Shown: positions 27,152-36,257 of the stretch, one piece after another | Layout: each line of letters begins with the position of its first letter | Numbering within the stretch: the first letter of the stretch is position 1 | From: Myxococcota bacterium | Lineage (GTDB): Bacteria; Myxococcota_A; UBA9160; PR03 | Assembly (NCBI GenBank): GCA_041611735.1 | Contig: JBFIML010000039.1 | Span: 1 to 43,225 of the forward strand | Length of the DNA stretch: 43,225 nucleotides | Direction: 5' to 3' | Program-made: the position numbers and the translations under genes | The notes under the pieces: generated by a model | The model's input: only the letters and a program-made list of their open reading frames with translations | Databases searched by the model: none | What the model was told of the DNA's origin: nothing

Positions 27152-27999
27152 CTAGATTCCCGACCGGTTTCCACGCGCCCGTAGCTCAGTTGGATAGAGC
27201 GCCAGGTTGCGGACCTGGAGGTCGCATGTTCGAGTCATGCCGGGCGCGCCAGATTCCTCCGCCCCGTCGGTGCGTTGCTGCGGAGTTTCGCGTCTCCGAC
27301 TCGCCCGCAACCGTGGGTGCTGAGGGGGTGCCAGGTCGGGCCAGCCGTAGAGCCGCACCAAGCGCGCCCGCTCGAGCTCGTCGGGCCAGTTCGCGGGGTC
27401 GAGGAACGAGTCGTAGACCTCGACCACCATGCGGCTCGTCGTGTGGCCGGGCTCCGCGGCCACGAGCTCGGGGTTCCGGCCGCACACCAGCGCAGAGGTG
27501 GCGTAGCTGCCATCAGCCCCGCGAGGCGTGCGTCGCGAAACACCATGCGCACGACCATCAGGCGGTTGCGGATGGTCCGGTGTCGAAGGCCCTGGCGCGT
27601 CAGCGCGTTGCGGACCGCGACCGAGTCGCCGGGAGTCACCCGGTCCAAGCGCTTGTTTCCGATCCGTCCGGTGAGGTCGCGGAGGTGGCCGCGGTAGTCC
27701 CGGAACGTGGCGACCGTGACCTGACCTTCGAGGTCGTCGAGCCAGCGCTGGGACCACTCGGTGAAGGTGGGTACGCGCCTGGGGTAGTTGGGCTGCTTCG
27801 CCTCGCGCTCGAACCAGGAGAGGTCTCCCAGCGCGAGGCGCCGGTTGAGCTCGTGGGCGGTCTCCTCCGCGAGCGCCTCGTCGCCCGCCGGGATCACGAT
27901 GCGCCGACGTCTCTCCACACCGCTCATCACCCCACGCCCGAACACGCCCAGCCGCCCCCGATCGTCTCGTCCGACGCGGGCCTTCGCCATTCTCCCCAT
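27152..27999 (-). pseudogene. Tyrosine integrase pseudogene with internal deletion and frameshift
   Basis: Core-binding domain (PTFTEWSQRWL...TIRNRLMVVRMVF) joins out of frame near 27510 to the C-terminal SYAT...GH...VY box; the R, K and HxxR region is missing. Confidence 0.8.
27175..27251 (+). tRNA. tRNA-Arg(GCG)
   Basis: GCGCCCG acceptor, D-loop GGA (A20 Arg identity), CCAGG-TT-GCG-GA-CCTGG, CCA. Confidence 0.93.
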
Positions 28000-28003
28000 C
28001 GTA

Positions 28004-28309
28004 TCATCCCGTCCGATCGATCAGGTCGATGGCGCGCGCCCTCGGCCACCGCGCCGCAACTCCCGTTGGCGCCTTGCGATTTCGCTCCATGAAGGCCACC
28101 ACCTCGACGAGCTCGATCCGCACGCTGCGCCCGACACGAAAGGCCGCCAGCTCGCCTCGCGCCACGAGCTTCTCGACCTGGCTTTGAGAGACCGAGAGCA
28201 GCCGTGCTGCCCCACGCAGCGAGACGGCGAGACAGTCGACGTCGTCGAGCGCGAGCCCGAGCTCCGCGGCCACGCGCCGTGCCCGCTCGAGTCTCTCTCC
28301 GGCGGTCAA
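28004..28309 (-). CDS. Excisionase-like HTH protein
   Basis: SLRGAARLLSVSQSQVEKLVARGELAAFRVGRSVRI; TTG start overlapping the upstream stop. Confidence 0.78.
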   Translation of the reverse strand: MTAGERLERARRVAAELGLALDDVDCLAVSLRGAARLLSVSQSQVEKLVARGELAAFRVGRSVRIELVEVVAFMERNRKAPTGVAARWPRARAIDLIDRTG

Positions 28310-28587
28310 GCTTCCGCCCCCTCGGGCCTCGACCCGCGCGACGCCCGCGGCGCCGGCACGACTCGCGTCGCACTCCGGCGCTGGCGCTGGAAGGCGCGAT
28401 CGCTCGCCAGGAACTTCTCGAGGATGCCTTCGATCAGCACGGGCAGCTCGATCTCGTGTCCATGCACCCGGGCGTAGAGCGCCGCGTAGGCATCGAGCTC
28501 TCCCGCCAGCCGGCCAGGCAGTCGGAGCCGGACCTTCCGCTCGGGAAGATCCGCTTCCCGAGGCCGGAGCTTGATGCCGCGCTTCAA
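28306..28587 (-). CDS. DUF2274-like protein (ICE-associated)
   Basis: KVRLRLP...LDAYAALY...LIEGILEKFLASDRAF matches the DUF2274 pattern as recalled. Confidence 0.72.
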   Translation of the reverse strand: MKRGIKLRPREADLPERKVRLRLPGRLAGELDAYAALYARVHGHEIELPVLIEGILEKFLASDRAFQRQRRSATRVVPAPRASRGSRPEGAEA

Positions 28588-28902
28588 TTCGGCTCCTCCC
28601 CGGGGCCACGTCCTCGACCAGGCGAAGCACCCCGCGCCGCCAACGCCCGTGCGTGTCGCGGCCTTGCTCCTGCCGCGCGTCGATCTCGCGGCGCCGAGGC
28701 GCAGGCAGCAGCACGAAGAGCCACAGCGCCAGGTGATCGACCATTGACTTCAGCCGCCGCAACCCGTACCGCGATCTCCTGGATGCGAAGGGCGTGCTGC
28801 TCGAGCGTCGCCGCGAGACGCTCCTCCATCGAGTCTCTTGTGCCGGAGCGCCACTGCGCCGGCCTTGCCCGCCTCGGGCACCGCCTGGAGGGCATCCGCC
28901 CA

Positions 28903-29198
28903 GTGGGGTGACCGGAGCGCGTCCGCCCGGGAGCTACGGCCTGACCTCGCCCGTCGCCGTCTGCGGCGACGTGATCGTCGTCGGCGGACGCGTCAGCGAG
29001 CAGCTCTGGGAGACGCGGCTCCCGGCCGCTGGCCACGCCACTCCCATGACGTATCGGGGCCGGCGTACGGGCAAGCAGTTCGTCGTCGTGGCCTCCGGCG
29101 GAGGAAACCGGCTGGGCGACGGCATCTCCGGCAAGCTCGTGGCGTTCTTGCTACCCGGTGATGGGGAAGGGATTCCGGGCGCCGGGGCCCAGCGCTAG
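28903..29198 (+). pseudogene. Collapsed fragment of a PQQ-dependent glucose/quinate dehydrogenase
   Basis: YGLTSPVAVCGDVIVVGG fused directly to LWETRLPAAGHATPMTY...GKQFVVVASGG...LVAFLLP; in intact enzymes these are far apart. Confidence 0.75.
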
Positions 29199-29258
29199 TC
29201 GAGGGAAGGTGGCTGCGCAGCGTGACCGCCGCGAACAGTGGGTCGTGGGCCGGGCGCC

Positions 29259-30734
29259 TCACTCGAGGTAGCCCAACGCCCGGAGCGCCTCGCGGCTCTC
29301 GGGCGAGAGCTCCACGGGCTTTCCCGGCGCGCGGCGGAAGCCGGCACTCTGCTGCAGACGTGCGTCGAGGGCCGCCTGGAGCGCCGTGACCAGCTCCGGG
29401 TGCTGCTGGGAGACGTTCTCGTGCTCGCCCGGGTCGCGGACCAGGTCGAAGAGCTCGACGAAATCCTCCGCCTCCTCCCGAAACAGCGCCGTGTAATGGT
29501 GCCGGCTCAGCTGCTCGCGCGATACCTCCCGCATGCCCGCCAGGGACCAGCGGATGAGCTTCCAGCGCCCGCTCCGCACGGCGCTGGCGCGGTAGGGGTA
29601 GGCCGAGAAGCCGAGGAAGCTGAAGACGGGCTCCGCCGGCGCCGCCCCGGAGCCGGGCGCCAGCAGCCCGACCCGGCTGACCCCCTGCACCGGCACGGCC
29701 ACCGGGACCGCCAGCAGCTCGCACAGCGTGGGGAGCACGTCGGTCAGACTCACCGGGCTCTCGATGCGCGCTTGCGGAACACCCGGCCCGGCCAGGAACC
29801 AGGCCGCGCGGATCAGCTCGTCGTACAGGGAATGGGTGTGGTCGAGTCGGCCGTGCTCCCAGAACTCGTCTCCGTGGTCCGAGAGCACGACGACCAGGGT
29901 CTCACGCAGTACGCCGCGGCGCTCCAGCCACGCGAGCAGCTCCCCGAGCTGGTGGTCCACCCAGCCGACCTCGCCGTCGTACAGCGAGATCAGGAGCTCT
30001 CGCTCGCGTTCCGTGGGCTCGGCCCGGATCGCCTCGACGTTGCCCCGGTGATGCTGGAAGACGCGGATCAGGTCCTCCGCCAGCGGGTAGAGCCGATCCG
30101 CGACGAGCGTTCGCCCGGCGCCCAGCTGCTCCGTCCGGGGCAGGAACTTCCACGAGTAGGGGGCCGGCGGACGATAGGGCCGGTGCACGTCGAAGCCGTG
30201 CAGGAAGACGAAGAAGCGTTCGTCCTTACCCAGCCTCGCGATCCACTCCCGCGTTGCCTCGATGTTTCCAGAGAAGCGTCGCGTCCGGGAGACGAACTGC
30301 TCGAAGCCCCGCGCGAAGCCGGTGCCGGGGGAGACGAACCCACCTCCCGTGAACGCGGCGGTTCGGAAGCCCTGCTCGCGCAGCATCTCGGCCAGGGTCA
30401 CGTAGTCCGGCCCGAGCCGACCCGACGTCGGGAAGTCGAGCACGCCGTGAGCCACCGGCTCGAGGCCCGTGAACACGCTCATGTGGGCGGGGACGGTCCA
30501 GGGCGCGGGGCTGAATGCGTTGCGGAAGACGGCGCCGCGGGTGGCGAACCCGTCCAGGTTGGGAGAGGTGTCGCGCGAGTATCCGTAGGTCCCCAGCTGG
30601 GCCGCCCGAAGCGTGTCGATCGAGATGAGCAGCAAGTGGCGGGCCGAGTCGGGCTGCGGCGTTCCGCAAGCCGCCAGAGCCAGCAGGCACGTCCCCCAGA
30701 GCCGTCGCATGCACGGAAGGTGGGTTCGTCTCAA
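29259..30734 (-). CDS. Sulfatase-superfamily lipoprotein
   Basis: Lipobox LAAC; LISIDTLRA, WTVPAHMSVFTG, FDVHRPY, YDGEV, SDHGDEF. Confidence 0.9.
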   Translation of the reverse strand: MRRTHLPCMRRLWGTCLLALAACGTPQPDSARHLLLISIDTLRAAQLGTYGYSRDTSPNLDGFATRGAVFRNAFSPAPWTVPAHMSVFTGLEPVAHGVLDFPTSGRLGPDYVTLAEMLREQGFRTAAFTGGGFVSPGTGFARGFEQFVSRTRRFSGNIEATREWIARLGKDERFFVFLHGFDVHRPYRPPAPYSWKFLPRTEQLGAGRTLVADRLYPLAEDLIRVFQHHRGNVEAIRAEPTERERELLISLYDGEVGWVDHQLGELLAWLERRGVLRETLVVVLSDHGDEFWEHGRLDHTHSLYDELIRAAWFLAGPGVPQARIESPVSLTDVLPTLCELLAVPVAVPVQGVSRVGLLAPGSGAAPAEPVFSFLGFSAYPYRASAVRSGRWKLIRWSLAGMREVSREQLSRHHYTALFREEAEDFVELFDLVRDPGEHENVSQQHPELVTALQAALDARLQQSAGFRRAPGKPVELSPESREALRALGYLE

Positions 30735-32944
30735 GCGGGTCCCCCGACGCGAACCACCGAGCCCTGGCGGACGTCGCCATCGGTCACGCGCGCGCGGAGG
30801 TTCCGGTCCCCCACTCGGACCCGATACGGTCCCAGCGCGCGCGTCCCCTCCCCCTTCTCCGTCGCATAGGGAACCCGCAAGCGCACCCGTCCGTCCGCAT
30901 CCGCGCGTCCAGAGGCCCGGAACTCGAAGCGGCGGCCGATCGGGCTCTCGAGCGCCAACTCGGCCTGCACTTCCGCGCCCGGCGCCGCTGGCAGCTCGAG
31001 CACCGCGCCCGTCACGACCTCGAAGAGCTTGTAGGGGATGACCGGGCGCTGGGGCAGGCCGAAGGGAAAGGAGGTCCGCAGCGGTTGCCCGCCGGGCGGG
31101 CCCTCCGTGACGAGGCGGAAGCGCCCGACGTGCCCGAACTCACCCTGCCCAGAGCCGTCCTCTCGGTGGAGGCGGTACAGCAGGAGGCTCGGCTCGAGCA
31201 GATGGTGGTCGAAGCTCAGCACGTAGCGTGCACTCAGGGCTTGCGCGATCTCCACCGCAGCCGCTTCCGACGTGGCGCCGAAGAACCGGATCGATGCGTC
31301 GAACTTGTGCGCATCCAGGTAGGGACCGAAGTTGTCCGCGGGCGTCGCCCGGCGCGCGACGTAGTGGAGTACGTTCCCGTGGTTCGGGTAGCACAGGATC
31401 CCGTACTCGGGAGTCTGCTGCGGATCGAAGTAGCCCGAGGTGTCGGGGGTTGCACTGCGGATCGAGTGGGCGAAGCGCACCAGCGCCTGCGCGCCATCGA
31501 GAGGCACGTCCGCGGGCGGGGGCGCGCCCCGCAGAAAGGCGATGCTTCCCGGCAGCGCGCGAAGATACGTGAGCGACAGCCCCGGCCAGAGCAGGCCAGC
31601 TCCCAGCACCAGCACGAGGCAGCTCGCTCCGACCCCGGTGAGTCGGGGTCGGAGCCCGGTGCGAAGCTCGCCGAGCAGGAGCGCGAAGCCCACCGAAGCC
31701 GGCGGGGCGAAGTCGTTGCCGAAGCGCATCTGCAGCGTGGCCAGAGTCCCGAGACACAGGCTCCAGCCGGCCAGGCACAGGGCGGGCTCACGGACTGCGG
31801 GTTGACGCATGCGCAGGAGCGCGGCGACCACGGTGAGCGGGATCGCGTAGCCGTACAGGCCGTAGAGACGCAGGGCGAGGTCCCGGGTGTCCCCGGCTCG
31901 GCCCCCCAGCCAGCCGAAGAGGGGAGCCTGCTCCAGATTCGTGGATCCCCAGACGTCCGCGGTCGCGAAGAAGAAGAGGACGGGGCCCAAGGCCTGGCGC
32001 GGGCCGGGCAGCGCCAGGACTGCCACGAGGACGGCGACCGCCAGGCCCGCGGCGCGGCCCAGGCGAACGGGGACGCTCCGGGAAGGCCGGAGCCGCTCGA
32101 GCCCCGCAAGGCTCCCGGAAACGGCGGCCACCCCCGCCACCGTCATCCCGTGCAGCCAGGAGAGGGTCGTGGCGGAGAATCCGACTCCGACCTGTGCGTC
32201 CACGATTGCGAGCCAGGGTGCGATGAGGAGCAGCGTGCCCAGGGCCCCGAGGGCCTGGGCGGCGAAGACGGACCCGCGTCCCACCACCAGCCCGACCCCG
32301 AGCAGCACCCCGTCGCCCAGCAGGATGTAGAGCAGGCTTCCCCGCCAGCTCAGGATCAGAGCGGCACGGATGACGGCCAGCCCGATGGCGATCCCCGCCA
32401 GCCGGCCCCTCGAGGTGCCCTGCCGCAGCCCTTGCAGACTCAGGGCGAGGAACACCGCGCCCAGCAGCGCCTGGGCGGCGTGGTGGTCGGGGTTGCCCAC
32501 ACCGGAGAAGACCACGCTGGCGGGCAGCACCGCGAAGAGGGACGCCGCCCCCAGGCCGATGCCCCACCCGCCGACCGAGCGACCCACTGCGTAGACGGGG
32601 ATCACCGTGAGCGCGGCGAGCACGGGACTGCTCCATGCCGCCACGCGCTCGAAGACGCCGACCGTCCCGCCCAGGGCGCGGGCCGTGGCGGCCAGGGCCC
32701 AGTCGTGGAGGGGGGGCGTGGGCACGGCCGCGCCGTCCGGGTAGGCGAGATACGGATCCCACACCAGCACCGCGGGAAAGTTCACGAAGCTGAAGAGCGC
32801 GCGGCGGGCGTTGTAGGAGGCGTCGGCTCGGTCGAGCACGACCTCCCCATCGCCGAGGAAGACCTTCGCCACGCCGACGGAGCGCACCGCAAAGGCCACT
32901 ACCGCGATCCCGAGAAGCAGGATGGCCAGAAGGCCTCGCCTCAT
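30731..32944 (-). CDS. STT3/AglB-like oligosaccharyltransferase (GT-C fold)
   Basis: DASYNARR, DPYLAYPDG, many TM helices, PDHHAA, TNLE, MRFGND, PEYGIL-x-YPNHG, RATPADNFG, C-terminal soluble domain. Confidence 0.82.
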   Translation of the reverse strand: MRRGLLAILLLGIAVVAFAVRSVGVAKVFLGDGEVVLDRADASYNARRALFSFVNFPAVLVWDPYLAYPDGAAVPTPPLHDWALAATARALGGTVGVFERVAAWSSPVLAALTVIPVYAVGRSVGGWGIGLGAASLFAVLPASVVFSGVGNPDHHAAQALLGAVFLALSLQGLRQGTSRGRLAGIAIGLAVIRAALILSWRGSLLYILLGDGVLLGVGLVVGRGSVFAAQALGALGTLLLIAPWLAIVDAQVGVGFSATTLSWLHGMTVAGVAAVSGSLAGLERLRPSRSVPVRLGRAAGLAVAVLVAVLALPGPRQALGPVLFFFATADVWGSTNLEQAPLFGWLGGRAGDTRDLALRLYGLYGYAIPLTVVAALLRMRQPAVREPALCLAGWSLCLGTLATLQMRFGNDFAPPASVGFALLLGELRTGLRPRLTGVGASCLVLVLGAGLLWPGLSLTYLRALPGSIAFLRGAPPPADVPLDGAQALVRFAHSIRSATPDTSGYFDPQQTPEYGILCYPNHGNVLHYVARRATPADNFGPYLDAHKFDASIRFFGATSEAAAVEIAQALSARYVLSFDHHLLEPSLLLYRLHREDGSGQGEFGHVGRFRLVTEGPPGGQPLRTSFPFGLPQRPVIPYKLFEVVTGAVLELPAAPGAEVQAELALESPIGRRFEFRASGRADADGRVRLRVPYATEKGEGTRALGPYRVRVGDRNLRARVTDGDVRQGSVVRVGGPA

Positions 32945-32945
32945 T

Positions 32946-33833
32946 CTAAAACAGCGTCCTTGCGCTGGTCTCGAAGGGCACGAAGCCATCCCTTCCCAGC
33001 TCTTCCAGAATGGCCCGGTTGTCCACTCGCTCGTCCGAGTCCACGGTGGAGAGGAGATCCGGGTTCAACGTGGGCACCAGGTGGGAGGCCAACAGGAACA
33101 GGCGCTTGGGCAGATGGAGCTTCACGACCTGCTTGCCGGCGATCTTGGCCAGGATGTCGATGATCTGGTTCAGGCGATGGGGCCGGGGCCCTCCGATGTC
33201 GAAGCTGCGGCCATCGAACCCGTCCTTCTCGATCAGGTGGTTGATGGCCTGGCTGACGTCGTCCACGTACACGGGCTGACGCGTGTACTCTCCGTCGCCG
33301 ATCACCGGCACCACCGGGAGTTTCCGGATCAGACCCACGAGCTGGTGCATGGGCTGCTTGCGGGCGGGCGTGTGGTCGGGCAGCAGCGGCCCGCAGGGGG
33401 CCGCCGGCCTCAGGATCACGTGGGGCACACCCGAAAGCCGGGCCGCCTTCTCGTCGTCGATCTTGGACAGCGCGTACTGATTGAGCCCGGTGAAGTGCAC
33501 CTGGGAGGAGCTCACGTAGAGCAGCCTGGCTCCGAGCCGCCTGCAGGCCTCCAGCACCGTCGTCATCATGGCGGCATTGATGCGGCGCGGGTCTTCGTCG
33601 GTGATGGCAGCCGCCATGTGGACGATCACGTCGGCCTCGCTGCCGGCGAGGATCTCCACTGCCTCGGGGCGGGTCAGGTCGCAGGGGAGAGCCCGGATGC
33701 GCGGTCCGGTGAACCCGAGTGGCGTAGAGCGCACCTGGGCGATCAGCCTCCAGTCCGGTTGGTGGGCTTCGCTGTACTTGACGTAGTGGGAGCCCAGGAA
33801 GCCCGAGGCTCCCGTCACGGCCACGCTTCTCAT
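32946..33833 (-). CDS. NAD-dependent epimerase/dehydratase
   Basis: VTGASGFLG, VHMAA, YVSS, YALSK (YxxxK). Confidence 0.92.
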   Translation of the reverse strand: MRSVAVTGASGFLGSHYVKYSEAHQPDWRLIAQVRSTPLGFTGPRIRALPCDLTRPEAVEILAGSEADVIVHMAAAITDEDPRRINAAMMTTVLEACRRLGARLLYVSSSQVHFTGLNQYALSKIDDEKAARLSGVPHVILRPAAPCGPLLPDHTPARKQPMHQLVGLIRKLPVVPVIGDGEYTRQPVYVDDVSQAINHLIEKDGFDGRSFDIGGPRPHRLNQIIDILAKIAGKQVVKLHLPKRLFLLASHLVPTLNPDLLSTVDSDERVDNRAILEELGRDGFVPFETSARTLF

Positions 33834-35419
33834 TTCCGCAAAGCCTGGTCGCTGATGCGGGCCGCGTTCGCCATCAGCACGAGGGCGGGAGGTGTCGCCG
33901 GAATGGACGGCAGGATGCTGGCATCGACCCCGTGCACGTTCTGGCAGCCCCAGGGGCGCCCCAGGACGTCGCTCTCGAACTTCTGCGGCGTTTCCCGCAT
34001 GGGAAGCGTACCGCCATAGTGGATGCTCTCCCCGGGGAGCAAGCGCTTGACTCCGGCCCGGATCGGGCGGCCGCCGAACTCCTGCCGGGCTTCCAGCAAG
34101 CGCCCCAAGAACTCGCCCAGAACGGCGTCGGATCGGGCGCGGGCGGGAACCCCGCGAACCGCGCCGTATCCCCGCCCGGGGTCCGGGCTCACGCGGAACT
34201 CCAGCGTCCCGGAGTCGTCGGAGTGGAGGTAGACCATGCCGATCATGAGCCGCTCGAACGCCGGTGCGGCCAGGGCGCCCAGCCGGTCCGCCCATCCGCC
34301 GATCCGGCTGCGCAAGGCATCGATCATCAGATCGTTGTAGCCGTAGAGCTGCCCGTGGACGATGTGCGACGTGGAGCGTAGACCGGTGGCCTGCACGAAC
34401 AGCTGGGAAAGCGTGTTGCCCGGCTCCCGGAGGGCGCCCCGGCTTCGTCTCCTGCGCAGGAACGGGAAGAGATACTTCTGGCTGTCCTTCACCGTGAAGA
34501 CGTGGTCGCACCAGCCCAGCGAGCGGGCCACCACCGCCGTCGTGTTCAACGGGCCACAGGCCAGGAACAGCTTGTCGACGACGAGCCTCTCCGTGGCCCC
34601 GCTTTGCAGGTCCTTCAGGTCGATCGTGACGCCGCCCTTGCTCTCCGCGAAGCGCTCCACGAGAAGGCCCGCTCGATACGTGAAGCCGGTTTGCGAGGCC
34701 AGCCGCTCGACCACGGAGGCCGAGTTGAAGATTGCCTCGTAGGGGCAGCCGTGCATGCACAGTCCGCACGACACGCAGCCCTTCCCATTCGTGGCATATC
34801 GACGTCCGATGGCCAGCTTGGCGCGGCCCGCGTAGATCCCCGCCCCGCGCAGGCGCTCCTGGTGGGGCCCCAGCTCTTCGAGGAGGTCTCTTCCCTGCGG
34901 ACCGATCTCGTAGTTCTCCTCGTCTCCCAGGGAGAACGGGTACAGCTCGTCGAGGCCATCGCTTCGAGCGGAGACGGGCAGGAACTCCTTCACCAGCCGG
35001 AAGTAGGGGGTCAGCTCGGACGCTCGCAGCGGCCAGTCGCCCATGTCGTGCTCGGCGATGGCGCACACGTTGGCGCCCCACGCATTGCTCAAGCCGCCAT
35101 AGGCCAGGGAGGCGATCACCTTGGCGGAGGCGTCCATGCTGACCCGCGTCTCGGGGCGCTCGCGATAGGCGAAGTCGCTCCCGAGCGGGACCTTCATCGG
35201 AAAGTGCGGGTTGGCTCCGAGCGTTCTTCGGCGGCGCCGGTGCACCGTCTCGAGGAAGGCATCCTTGGCAATGGGAGCCCGGCTTCGCACGTAGGGCAGG
35301 AGCTCCGGGTCGATGCGAAGGCCCACGTCGATCATCGTCACGGAGCAGCCGGCTCGCAGCAGGGCATGAGCCGAGGCGACGCCGGAAGGTCCGGATCCCA
35401 CGACCGCGAGCCTTCTCAT
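33830..35419 (-). CDS. GMC-family FAD oxidoreductase
   Basis: VVGSGPSG, GGLSNAWG, CVSCGLCMHGCP, HYGGTLPM, VDASILP, MANAARI. Confidence 0.88.
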   Translation of the reverse strand: MRRLAVVGSGPSGVASAHALLRAGCSVTMIDVGLRIDPELLPYVRSRAPIAKDAFLETVHRRRRRTLGANPHFPMKVPLGSDFAYRERPETRVSMDASAKVIASLAYGGLSNAWGANVCAIAEHDMGDWPLRASELTPYFRLVKEFLPVSARSDGLDELYPFSLGDEENYEIGPQGRDLLEELGPHQERLRGAGIYAGRAKLAIGRRYATNGKGCVSCGLCMHGCPYEAIFNSASVVERLASQTGFTYRAGLLVERFAESKGGVTIDLKDLQSGATERLVVDKLFLACGPLNTTAVVARSLGWCDHVFTVKDSQKYLFPFLRRRRSRGALREPGNTLSQLFVQATGLRSTSHIVHGQLYGYNDLMIDALRSRIGGWADRLGALAAPAFERLMIGMVYLHSDDSGTLEFRVSPDPGRGYGAVRGVPARARSDAVLGEFLGRLLEARQEFGGRPIRAGVKRLLPGESIHYGGTLPMRETPQKFESDVLGRPWGCQNVHGVDASILPSIPATPPALVLMANAARISDQALRK

Positions 35420-35482
35420 GCAGCGCACTTCCCTCGGATCTGGAGGTCCGTGTTAGGATCGTCGCTCCGGAGGACGTCTCGT

Positions 35483-36250
35483 TTGGGATCCGAGCAACGC
35501 CTCTCGCTGACGATCTACGTGCCCACTCGCAACGAGGAGCAAAATATCGGGGCTATCCTCCGGGAAATCAAGCAACGGGTGAGGACGCCCCATCGTCTCC
35601 TCGTCGTGGACGGCCATTCCACGGATCGGACCCGGGAGGTCGCTGCCGAGATGGAGGCGGAGGTCCTGCTGGACTCCGGCGGGGGCAAGGGCGTCGCCTT
35701 GAGAGATGCCATCGAGCACTGCGACACGGACGTCCTCCTGTTCATGGACGCCGACGGGTCGCACGACGTGGGCGACATCGATGCCCTGGTGAAGCCCATC
35801 TTCGACGGAAGCCTGGATCTGGTCATCGGCAGCCGCAGCCGGGGAGGCTCGGATGAGCTGCATGGGGACATCGCCAAATGGATTCGGATCGTGGGAAGCG
35901 ACATCATCACGCTGGGCATCAACTACCGTTTCGACGTTCGGCTGACCGACTCCCAGAACGGCTTCCGGGCCTTGCGGACGGACCTCGCCCGGCGCATGCA
36001 GCTGAAGGAGCGCATCACCACGGTCGAGCAGGAGATGCTGATCAAGGCCCTGCATCTGGGCGCCCGGGTCGGAGAGATCCCGTCCCACGAGTACTCGCGC
36101 AGGTCCGGCGAGTCCTGCATCAACGTGCGGCGGGTTTGGTTCCGCTACGTGTACAGCTGGCTCAAGAACCTGTTCTTCCCAGACTTCAGGCCGCTTCCGG
36201 CTTCTGGGAAGCGGGCCAGGCTGTTGCCGCAGCCCCGCGTGAGTTCTTGA
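35483..36250 (+). CDS. Glycosyltransferase family 2, polyprenol-phosphate sugar synthase-like
   Basis: VPTRNEE, VVDGHSTDRT, GKG, MDADGSH, GSR, TDSQNGFR; GGAGG plus TTG start. Confidence 0.9.
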   Translation: MGSEQRLSLTIYVPTRNEEQNIGAILREIKQRVRTPHRLLVVDGHSTDRTREVAAEMEAEVLLDSGGGKGVALRDAIEHCDTDVLLFMDADGSHDVGDIDALVKPIFDGSLDLVIGSRSRGGSDELHGDIAKWIRIVGSDIITLGINYRFDVRLTDSQNGFRALRTDLARRMQLKERITTVEQEMLIKALHLGARVGEIPSHEYSRRSGESCINVRRVWFRYVYSWLKNLFFPDFRPLPASGKRARLLPQPRVSS

Positions 36251-36257
36251 AGCTCGA

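Noticed and set aside
28584-28850. Intact CDS upstream of the DUF2274-like gene
   Set aside because: Two frames each look partly protein-like, suggesting a frameshifted remnant; no family recognised.
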